Of a stretch of DNA of 64,000 nucleotides, positions 53,564 to 64,000 are shown in pieces; the first letter of the stretch is position 1; the number at the start of each line of letters is the position of its first letter. Where the stretch lies: contig NC_043013.1 of NCBI RefSeq assembly GCF_006345805.1, positions 20,832,001-20,896,000 of the forward strand. Reading direction: 5' to 3'. The translations under genes and the position numbers were made by a program. A model generated the notes under the pieces. That model did not search any database, was not told the origin of the DNA, and worked only from the letters and a program-made list of their open reading frames with translations. The DNA comes from Octopus sinensis. Lineage: Eukaryota.

Positions 53564-53789
53564 TATCACTTAGGTTGACGAGGGAAGGGTGACTCCCTTT
53601 GCAAATACCATAAGTGCACAGAAAGTGTGCCTAAAGCCAGCTGGAAACGATGTTTTCCAGGGGCTACAAGCTACAGTAACACCCACCCTTAGTGGTTAAC
53701 CATATTGAGATGGCAAGTATATCTCACATATATATACATATATGTGTGTATACATATGTGTGTATACATATATGTATGTATGTATATTT

Positions 53790-54010
53790 TCATATATATA
53801 TGGATGGCTGTTTGTGTGTGTCTGTGTGTGTGTTTGAGTGTGTGTGTATGTGTATGCAGTACGTATTCATTTCTACAGTTATCAACCAATTTTCCCCAAA
53901 CATTACACACACATTGCTTATGTGCCAAGGATGTTCCCCAGAGTTCCCGCGTAATGCGAGAAACCGGGGAAAACGGTGTTTTAAACGAGTTTTTCTCCAA
54001 AAACCTCTGC
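53790..54010 (+). mobile_element. Possible Helitron/HINE-type non-autonomous fragment
   Basis: (TG/GTCT)n followed by ATCAACCAATTTTCCCCAAACATTACACACACATT, reminiscent of the ACCGATTTT..AAA motif of such elements; recognition only. Confidence 0.3.
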
Positions 54011-54894
54011 AGCTTTCAACCGAATCTCTTTTCTCTCTGTTTTTCTGTATAAGTGGGATAAGTCAATGCATAGATATTGAGGGCCGTTTATGTCCTTCAG
54101 CACATAACGTTATAACAAGCATGAGGGAAGAATTAGGAAGACCACAGGTTAGTGGTTAAGGGGAGGCAACTAATACTGGTAATTCAACAGTTAGATGGAC
54201 ACTGCTAGGGAATGAAATTGGGCTAAACCTCGAATACAACGCATTGTAGTAAAAATTAGATATATACAGGTATGTAAGTAAAATTCATCCTGCAGGTGCT
54301 CTGCAATGCACAAAGGAAGTGGCGCTTACAATTAGGCGAATAATATGCTAAAATAATATCAAATAACGAATCTCCCTAGTTATCAGCGATGTCCTAAGTA
54401 AGCTTCTTAAGCATTACATAGTCATTAAAGTATGTAGTTCCTCACATTATAATAAAACAGTTTACATGAATATAATGGCACTGCTGGTTACAATTAATGC
54501 TGGGTCCACAGGCAAGTTGAGAAAAGTTGCCTTGAATCAAGCAATTTACTAAGTATGCCTAAAAGGCAAAAGCAAATGCCCTAAGAGAGAAATACTAATT
54601 GAATCTAACCATTATAATTCTAAGCAAAGGTATATTAACTCCAAGTGGGTGCAAAAAATACTTGTGGGCATAAAGTACAATAAATTAAAGCAAAAATATA
54701 AAACATAAAGTAAAAATAGAAATAAATGAAAAGGATGAAAAAATCAAATATGGGGAAATATTGTTCACATGTATTTAGGGTTAATAATTTGGTAGAAAAC
54801 CTAAGGTCTTTTGTGTTCTTGGATCAGTTATGGTAGAAATAAAAAGCTTAATACAAGGTGATGATAAAATGGGATACATGTTAGTTGGTGTAAG

Positions 54895-55346
54895 AAATAG
54901 GTAATAGATATGGGGGGGTATATTTAAAACTTAGCAGAAGGGTAAGAAGGAGGGGTTGGTTATTTGAGTACCTACAAGAGCCTCGATTATTCCTAACAAG
55001 ATGGACTATAAAAAGTGTAAGATGTATAACCTGCATTAAATTATTAGGGGCTACTATTTATATGCAGTGGGGTTATAGTTACTATTATGGGGTAGCATAA
55101 GTATATTTAGTGTTATTTATAATAGTAAATAAATAGGTAATAGATATGGGTGGGGGTAACATTTAAGACTTAGGGAAGGATAAAGAGGGGGTTTAGTTAT
55201 TTGAGCCTCGATATTCCTAAACAGGACTAACTATAAAAGGGATAAGATATATAACATACATTAAGCTATGGGGGCTTACTAATTATATGCTGTGGGGTTA
55301 TAATTACTATTATGGGGGAGGAAAATTATTTCTAGTGTTATTTATA
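54895..55346. repeat. Two diverged tandem direct repeats (period ~236 bp) following the PLE stop codon, pseudo-LTR-like
   Basis: AAATAGGTAATAGATATGGG at 54895 and 55131; shared TTATTTGAG, CCTCGAT, ACTATAAAA, TGGGGTTATA, TAGTGTTATTTAT blocks in the same order. Confidence 0.8.
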
Positions 55347-55940
55347 TTTATCGAAAGTAGACTTGCATTTGTGCTGGCAAGTTACATTTCGCTCAACCCT
55401 CAGGGTCATTAACGGAATTTGTGCTGATAGAATATAACAAAAAAAATTAATTTATGCAAAGGCAACATTTTCTTTCTTTTTTTTTTTTTTCATTATACGA
55501 AGGTGCAGTAGCGAGGACCTCCCAATTTAACGTGAAGCTAGTGCTATTATCTTTGAGCTCCCAAATGTACCTACTGGAACCAGTCGAATTAATTATTTTT
55601 CTGTTTCTAAAAGAACGTTGGTGCATGCCCAGTCTTCCTTTTATTTCATTTGGGCTTGTTCCAATATAACTCAATTTACTAGACTTTGTGGTGACTGTGC
55701 ATTGATAAATAACGTCCTTAATTCTACAGAAGGCACAATTATTCCTGTTCCTGCAGTCACATAGATTATTCTGTGAGAGCGGGGTACTTTCTTCCCAGTG
55801 GGCAGGATTAGGTGTGTTGAGGTTAAAGTGGTTATTTTGGTTCTGAGAGTATTCTGTACTAAGGTTAGGGTAGTGTTTATTATTATGATTTCTACTAATA
55901 CCGCCGTCGGTACTATTATTGTTTCTATTAGTGTAGAAAG
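55338..55940 (-). mobile_element. Penelope-like element, C-terminal GIY-YIG endonuclease fragment
   Basis: Frame open ~55938-55447: CDCRNRNNCAFC, VIYQCTV...YIG, H..SFR, ST..SRYIWELK, W, CCLC; then TCQHKCK before the stop; 5' end abuts (TA)n at ~55944. Confidence 0.82.
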
Positions 55941-55942
55941 TA

Positions 55943-55986
<44 letters not shown>

Positions 55987-56685
55987 ATATATGTAGAAAC
56001 ATATGTTTATTTCTTTATTTATATGTGTGTGTGTACGTTGGTGTGCATGCGAATGAGTTTGCATTTAGTACGTAAAGACACATGTAGCTTCATACAAAGA
56101 TATTATATATATACAATTACATGCGCACAAACAAACGCACACACACATATATTTATGTCGATAGATATTCATGTTGAACTATGTACCTTTTAAATATTTA
56201 TAACAAGTATTCGGTAGAGTAAATATGGGTTAAATTCTGTTTACAGTTGAGGAATTCTTTGGAAATAATCTCTCAGGGTTGACCAGTTCCCAAACATCGT
56301 TCTTTGCATCTGTTATTTATTACATATTAATATATTGTTTACCGTTTCTGCTTCAATGCTTTCCACCTTTTTCTTGCTCAAGCTATTCGATATGCTTTAA
56401 GATTTTAAAGCATTACAGGTGGAAATAAGATATAAAAACATGACCATGATTCCTTGCCAATATTTTCTGTTTGTTTCCAATATCTTGTAAAACAAATTTT
56501 GGTGAAGTGCTTCTGAAATAAGGTTCTATGTAATAGCAACATTTCGGAACCAGTAAAGAAATATTTCTTAACGTTAGAAACTAGAAACCATCCAACTGTG
56601 AGATCACTATGCAAGATTTTTTATGATAAAGTGAAAGAAAAAAGCATGCACACACACCTATAATATACATATGATATATATATAT

Positions 56686-56762
<77 letters not shown>

Positions 56763-58050
56763 TCTCGAAGAAAATTCCTTCAGCAACCTCTAAAGTAGAT
56801 ATCAATACGATTCATTCATTTATTCAATTATACCTTTAACAAACATTAACGGTGTAAGCGAGGACGTAGAGTTTTGCAGATAAAAATGACTCGAACGTGG
56901 GTGGAACATTGAATGGTTCGGCAAACTGATTCAATAGAATCTTTGAATCCATATACTTATGAAGTAATTCTTTTGGAAGGGAAAATGATATTCGAGTGCT
57001 TATGCAGAGTTGTAGAACGAGTGCAGCCGATAAAGTTTGTAAAATGGCGTCGTATGGCCAGTTTGAAAGAAATTCCGTTCGTATCCCAGCAACATTTCTG
57101 TTTTGTCAATTTTCAAGATGATTTGTTGTTGTCGCTGTTGTTGCTTATACAATGTCTGAGTCACTTTTGATGAAGCGTAGCTATAGCCAGATGCGTTATA
57201 ACCGTGACCATCACATTCTTTCTCGAAGCATAGGCCTGAATTATGCAGCTTGAGTATTTTAGATATAAGATTGCTAGTTGTGGTTTCAGAGCGCTCTGGC
57301 CACAAGTTCTTCCTGATCAAATATTATTATCATATTATGCAGAAGCTACTTGTTTGGCACAAGGTGACGACATGTAAATTTCAGGTTCACCGACGTGTAA
57401 AATTATAGGAAATATAAATGGTTTAAACATGAGTGTCAACAAAATCGGAAAACCGTAAAACAGATGAATGTTTAACAAGACTCCAGGGCTTGATTCACAT
57501 TCCAATCGCCTTCATTTACTGTGCAAGAGATATTTGTGAAAAATTCAATGATACCACACGCTGCGATTTGCCGCAAAATGTTACTGCACTCAATATTAAG
57601 TAAAATGCCTTGGGAAAATGTACGCCATGCTGAAATATTATAAACAATTGCGACAAATACACTAAAAGTGAAAGAACTTCATCAAATCATAATTTTCTTG
57701 TTCCTTTCCTCAAAGTATTTCAATGTTTTCCTAGCTTTTAGCGCTTTAGTGTTTCATCTTTGTACGTTACAACTAATCCTCGGAACATATTCACCCACGC
57801 TAGAAATATTGGAATGGAAGAATATTGCCTTTATATCTTCATGCACTTATGCCAAACAGGAAACTCTTTTTAAAAAAATACGATTATGTGTCGTTAATAT
57901 TAGCCTAACAGTTTAAGTTTTTATCGTTTGATAATTATCTAGGACCTTAGAGTGTGAGGAGTTTTTGAGTCCTGAAATATTATTGCAGATTAACAATATC
58001 TTTAAATATATTCCGTCCTACTGTGTTTGTGTGTGTGTGTGTGTGTGTGT

Positions 58051-58433
58051 GGAAGCGCAATGGCCCAGTGGTTAGGGCAGCGGACTCGCGGTCGTGGGAT
58101 GGCAGTTTCGATTCCCAGACCGGGCGTTGTGAGTGTTTATTGAGCGAAAACACCTAAAGCTCCACGAGGCTCCGGCAGGGGGTGGTGGTGATCCCTGCTG
58201 TACTCTTTCGCCACAACTTTCTCTCACTCTTTCTTCCTCTTTCTGTTGTACCTGTATTTCAAAGGGCCGGCCTTGTCACTCTCTGTGTCACGCTGAATAT
58301 CCCCGAGAACTACGTTAAGGGTACACGTGTCTGTGGAGTGCTCAGCCACTTACACGTTAATTTCACGAGCAGGCTGTTCCGTTGGTCGGATCAACCGGAA
58401 CCCTCATCGTCGTAACCGATGGAATGCTTCCAA
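58051..58433 (+). mobile_element. tRNA-derived SINE family D, tail type Z
   Basis: TGGCCCAGTGGTTAGGG head; CTCTTTCGCCACAACTTTCTCTC body. Confidence 0.8.
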
Positions 58434-59373
58434 GTGTGTGTGTGCGCGTGCGTGTATGTGTGTGTATACCTGTGTGTGTGCCTGTGTGTCTTTGAGGAGT
58501 ATTCTAATACCGTTCGTATGTTTTTATATGTGTGTATTTTTATCTGCATGTATGTATGTATATGTGTTGAGTGTGTGTTTGTGTTTGCGTGTGTGTGTGC
58601 GTGCGTGTGTTTCTATGTAGTGTGTACGTGCGTGTGTGTGTCTGTGTGTTACACTTAATTATCGATAAGGAAGGAGACGTGGCTTAAATCAGTATGTCTG
58701 CGACATGTCATTAAAAGATGTCTGAGAAAAGGAAGCTTACACAGTCTAGGCTAAAAAGCCCTTACGCAAAAACAAAGTCTCATTTTGTATTTGTCTGAGC
58801 CAACTTCCAAACGGCCCCATCACGTCCAAATATCCTGCTGTGCAAGAAAGACAAGATTAAGGAAAGAAATAATTAGGCCTTTACCCACAAACTTGAGAAC
58901 ACGTACCACTCATTAATCAAGTTTGGCCAAATGAACGCTTGGATAGGACTCACAGTTTCAAGGAAAGGAAGTAAGTACTTAGTTCAGTCTCTAGCAAAAA
59001 CCTTTTTCCAAACTGCCCATGCGAAATGAATATGACTATCAGTTGTATCAGCCCTACCTCACATCCATACACGGTTTTATTCTTAATTCACAATGGAATA
59101 TCGCCTGTCTACACGTTCTCGGTTCAAATTCCGTCGAGGTCGATTTTGTCTTTCATCCTTTCGTGGTCGATAAAATAAGTACCAGCTGAATACTGGGGTC
59201 GATTAATTTGATTTATCCCTTCCCTTGAAATTGCTATCCTTGTGCTAAAATGTAAAGTCAATATTAAAAAGTAAGACCGTATAATATGTAAAATTGGTAT
59301 ATCCAATAAGATTACACCGCTGTATTTAGTAGGTCTTTAAGCAATATGTTCGTGGATGAATAAGGTGTTAGAC

Positions 59374-59420
59374 GGGTGCTGATGAAGGGGAAAAACTCCC
59401 GAAGTATGGAATATACGCCC
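59374..59420 (+). ncRNA. Type I hammerhead-like motif with one core substitution
   Basis: GGGTG-CTGATGA-A-GGGG/AAAAAC/TCCC-GAA-GTAT/GGA/ATAT-A-CGCCC; position 15.1 is G instead of A. Confidence 0.5.
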
Positions 59421-59532
59421 ATTGCCCTTTTTTAATCTTCAATCCCATTGTTTGTTTATATCTGACATCTCGGATGTGAAAAGTCGTAACGAGAATCAGT
59501 GCCGGCTATAATTTCTCAAGAATATCGGGTGG

Positions 59533-59860
59533 GACCCCCTTCGTCACGCCACTGACCATGGGATTGCAACTAGAAAGTTACCCTCCTAGTCACAAGTCTG
59601 GGCAAGGTGGTTTATGGAAGACCAGCAGTTGCCCATTCATACCGGCCTCCCCTCTCCCCGCCATCAGTGTTATCCAAGGGAAAGGCAAAGGCCGATACAG
59701 CTTGGCACCTGTGACGTCGCAACTCATTTCTACAGCTGAGCGAACTGGAGCAACGTGAAATAAAGTGTTTTGCTCAAGAACACAACACGCAGCCCGGTCC
59801 GAGATTCGAACTCACAACCTCACGATCGTAAGCTCGACGCTCTAACCACTGAGCCATGCG
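59533..59860 (-). mobile_element. SINE family C
   Basis: Colinear with 14088-14435. Confidence 0.85.
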
Positions 59861-60389
59861 ATAACCATGCCTAGTAAAAAGAACGAAATTGGCAAGCTGG
59901 CAGAGACGTTATTATACCGGACAAAATGCTTAACGGCATGTCGTCCGTCTTTACGGTCTGAGTTCAAATTCCACCAACATTGACTTTGCCTTTCATCATG
60001 TCGGAGTCGATAAAACAGATACCTGTCGATGTAATCAACTTACTCCATTTCCCAGAACCTACTGGCCTTGTGCCAAAATTTGAAATCAATATTAAAAAGA
60101 TAGGGAACAACGGTACACTAGAACTAAAATGTAATCCGCGTAACCACACTAGAATATCAAGACATAACGTTGCGCTTCACAAGAAAGTGTATCAGCCGCC
60201 ATAATTTAACAGAATTTGCTCATATTAGCTTTATTAAGTTTAACCAGTTTCTGCCACATTTACCATATTTTATCAACTTTTATCAAATCTAATTCCAATT
60301 AGTTTTTATCAGCTTTTATTAATTATATTTTAGCCTTTGTTACATATCACACATGCATCGTTCTCGACAGGAGCCAATATGTGAGTACA

Positions 60390-60572
60390 TGTATGTATGT
60401 ATGTATGTATGTATGTATGTATGTATGTATGTATGCATGTATGTATGTATGTATGCATGCATGTATGTATGTATGTATGTATGTATGTATGTATGAATGT
60501 ATGTATGTATGTATGTATGTATGTATGTATGTATGTATGTATGTATGTATGTATGTATGTATGTATGTATGT
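60390..60572. repeat. (TATG)n, ~45 units
   Basis: Near-perfect tetranucleotide run. Confidence 0.97.
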
Positions 60573-60940
60573 TTGTATACGAAGTTATATATGTATATAA
60601 TCGTAGTATACATAGTTTTACAGTGCTAGTGATATTATTGCGACTATGTTAGAGATACCTCCTTGTGAAGTAAATGTAAAAATCTCTCGCAATATGCCAT
60701 AACATTTAAAATAAAGTTAAGTAAACACAGCCGGAACATTGTGGCTAAATCAAGCGAAAGAATACATTTTCTTTCCAGCCAAAATAGAACTCAGGTTATG
60801 ATTCGTGATAGTTTTATATTCTTTTCCGTGTTAATTGTACGTTTTTGTCTTCTTCTCATCGAAAATAAATGTAGATAATGAAGAGTCGCGTATTAAACAT
60901 ATCAAGCAACGTATTATCTCTCTCTCTCTCCATCCCTCCC

Positions 60941-60990
<50 letters not shown>

Positions 60991-62179
60991 CTGGCGAGTT
61001 GAACAATGTTGCCATTTTCGACGCTAGAGAGCTTTATTTCAAGAGAAATCTAAAACAAGCAAGCCAACGGTTAATATCAGTTTTCAAGTGCTCTCTTCCT
61101 GATGACAATTGTCCAAATTTACACAAACTCTATCTGTCTATATCGCTATATTAATAAAATGTCAACTATTCTTTATAAATTTCCCTAGAAGAATTGACAG
61201 ATTCACTGTGTAAACACTAGTGGAATCGCTATAAACAGAGGCACAATTTTGCGGATAAAAAATAGTCGATGCAGCTAATTTAGATTAGAGATAAGTGAGC
61301 TGAGTAGCCAAAAGATATTGGCAGATTTATCGTATAATCTGTTGAGAGTCTGCGAGAGAGAATGGATTGTTACATAATTCCACTTGATGTTTTAAAGAGA
61401 AACTTGAGAAAAGTTTTATCGTTTTCTTATTGATTCCATCTCACTTGTTTAGGTTTGATTTGATTTCAAAGACATTGTTGAGAATAGATAACTTACTTTA
61501 TCTCTACCATCCTATTATTACCACTAGCTTGACCATCACTGCCACTATAACCACCGACAACATCCCCACCAACAACATCATCGCCAACAACACCACCACC
61601 ACCAGCTACATCTCTACCATTATTACAAAAAGCATTGCTACAATCAGAACCATTCTTATCATCACTAAACCCACCACCTTCAGTTTAATAACAAAACACA
61701 CAATTCATTCTCTGTACACAACACTTAACTCTACACAATAAACACCCAATAAAAATTACATAATTCACACCTCACATACTCATTTCCATCAGCCAATAAA
61801 AAAACATCGTGCATCCTGTACAAGATCAACATCCAATAAAATAACACAACACATTTTTTTTTAACGACTCCATGACACTAAGAACTCACATCAACCACAT
61901 TCAGCACAACTGCAATGATTTAACACCACACAGCCATACACACACGCGGCCGTATCTTCTACAAAATGACAAGCTGATAGTGAAACACATGATACTAATC
62001 CAACGACGCATAGGAGACATATTCGCCACCCAATAGCACGAGATATACTACACATACTTTACGCAAAAATGGAAAAAAATAGCAGAAGAAACAATAGAAC
62101 AGAGTCTATAGCAAGGCTAAACAGTTATGGTATTCTAACAAAAGTCTACGTAACAAAGGTGCAATTCTAAGAATGATAA

Positions 62180-62658
62180 TAATGGTTTCGAATTTTGACA
62201 CAATGCCAGAAATTTTGGAGAATGGTGTAAGTCGATTATATCGACCCCAGGGCTCCGCTGGTACTTATTTTATCGACCTTGAAAGGATGAAAGGTAAAGT
62301 CGACCTCAGCGAAATTTGAACTCAGAACGCAAAGGCGGATGAAATGCCGCTAAGGATTCTGCAAGCTCATCGCCTTTAACAAAAAAAAACAACAACAACA
62401 ATAATAATGATACTACTACTACTACTACTACTACTACTAATAATAATAATAATAATAATAAAATAATAATAATAATAATAATAATGATGATGATGATGAT
62501 GATGATGATAATCCTTTCTACTATAGGCACAAGGCCTAAAATTTGCAGTTGGGGAATAGTCGATTACATCCACCCCAATATTTCATTGGTACTTATTTTA
62601 TCGACCCCGAAAGGATGAAAGGCAAAGGCGAACTCGGCTGAATTTGAACTCTGAACGC

Positions 62659-62722
<64 letters not shown>

Positions 62723-62838
62723 TGATTTAAAATAATAGCAATTTTGACGGGAGCGAGCCCATTACTTGATTGCTACTTTATTTCATCAACCCCTGAGTGA
62801 TGAGAGGCAAAGTTGTTCTCAGTGAGATTTGAATCCCA
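62180..62838 (-). mobile_element. Chain of three SINE B copies separated by trinucleotide tracts
   Basis: Copies at ~62180-62378, 62511-62659, 62735-62838; spacers (AAC)(ACT)(AAT)(GAT) and (AAT)n. Confidence 0.72.
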
Positions 62839-63589
62839 ATAATTATAGTGCACTAATTAACGGTTAACATGAAGAAGAAAAATAATGTGTACTTATTAAC
62901 TTAGCGGTTAACATGAACGCATCTTCAGTTTGCAATATGAACCAAACGTTTTGACTGAAGGAGATTTCCGCGGGAAATCAATAATTTTATCAGAAAAATT
63001 ATCTTTACGTTATGAGGAGCGAAATTGTAAGTGGAGAGAGTAAGAAATAGAGTGAAAATAAAATATAGATCGAAAGTAAAATATATATGGCAATGATTAC
63101 ATAATCTGGCTGATTAGGGTAAGTTCTATCAACAACTCTTGAATGAAAGAAATATTGATGCAGTTCTCTATGATCTCTTGGAATAGATACACCGTATATA
63201 TATATGCATATACACACACACACAACTTTTGTTTTATTGCTTTTTGTCTGGTAACTTTTCTAGTTCTCATCTCAACGATATATTTTCAGCTCCAGCTAAG
63301 TACACAAATTGTTAATAGTCATAAGCACAGAAGTTCATACGCTCAGATATCAATTCTTAAAAAAAATTATATTGTAATTACTTTATATCAGAATTTGTGA
63401 ACAAAAGTGGTTTCTAACGGACAACCAGTTACTTGGTTCACTGACTCTTGGTTCAATGACATGTGTGATTAGGGAGAGTGTAACTCAGACATGGACAATG
63501 CTTTTTCTAGAAGACTGTTGGCTGCTTACTTTATGCTTTTGCTTGATGAGGGTGGTGGTCACCCCCAGGTTAGTGGTCCCAGAGCCTAT

Positions 63590-63950
63590 GCATGGAGCAG
63601 GCTAGGTCCACCAGTTCTTTTCATTGCTGGTGGTCCTGTGCCAACGCCTCTGCATCCTCCAATGTGACATTGAGCTATTGGAGATCTTCCCCAATCACTT
63701 CCAGCCATCTGGTGCAGAGCCTGCCACGTGAGCTCTCCCAGACGATAGCTGCTGCGTCGAATGATAGTAAAGCCTTGTTAGAGTGTAAGTGCGTGTGTGC
63801 TTCGCTATTTCACTCATGAAATTAGGTGTGCCATTCCGATGTGCCGAAGTTTGCCTATAACTGATCTAACGCCATCCCAGAGTTTCAGAAAGGAGATATT
63901 TTAGATTCGTCGCTGTCGGTTCTATGCTGATATTAATCGATGAAAGATAT
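63590..63950 (-). mobile_element. Degenerate RTE-clade LINE 3' fragment
   Basis: GRLCTRWLEVIGEDLQ*LNVTLEDAEALAQD.. matches the RTE C-terminal pattern. Confidence 0.55.
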
Positions 63951-64000
63951 GAATTATGAGCAGGGTATATAGACCAGCAACACACTACACACCCAAAAAA

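Larger units (their letters stand above)
59118..60090 (+). mobile_element. Cluster: two SINE B copies (59118-59262, 59893-60090) flanking a SINE C copy
   Basis: Family B core in both copies. Confidence 0.7.

Noticed and set aside
55195-55235. Hammerhead-like fold in the PLE terminal repeat (TTAGT/ACTAA stem)
   Set aside because: At least three core positions deviate, and the sister repeat does not preserve it
56230-57360. Open stretches that might be a decayed gene or transposase
   Set aside because: No family-diagnostic motif found by manual six-frame reading

Overview
AT-rich, microsatellite-saturated animal genomic DNA. The SINE families and repeat density point to a coleoid cephalopod, most likely Octopus; this is pattern recognition, not a database result. 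No host protein-coding gene can be confidently called, so the window looks intronic or intergenic. It is dominated by retroelements associated with microsatellites. (i) Two divergent R4/Dong-like non-LTR retrotransposons (RT + CCHC knuckle + restriction-like endonuclease; 2455-4826 +, 44763-46815 -) each sit inside a (TAA)n tract, and there is an older RLE relic. (ii) A non-coding ~545-bp element occurs in four copies, each with a fixed 3' end running into (AAT)n; it is a candidate non-autonomous partner of the Dong-like elements. (iii) Two Penelope-like GIY-YIG fragments end at (TA)n tracts, and several short elements carry hammerhead-ribozyme motifs (best: 53519-53563). (iv) There are RTE and CR1 LINE fragments and many modular tRNA-derived SINEs. 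(v) Four inverted duplications (64 bp to ~1.3 kb arms) each abut a (TA)n run. Most ORFs in the supplied track are translations of microsatellites. All coordinates were counted by hand and may be off by a few bases.
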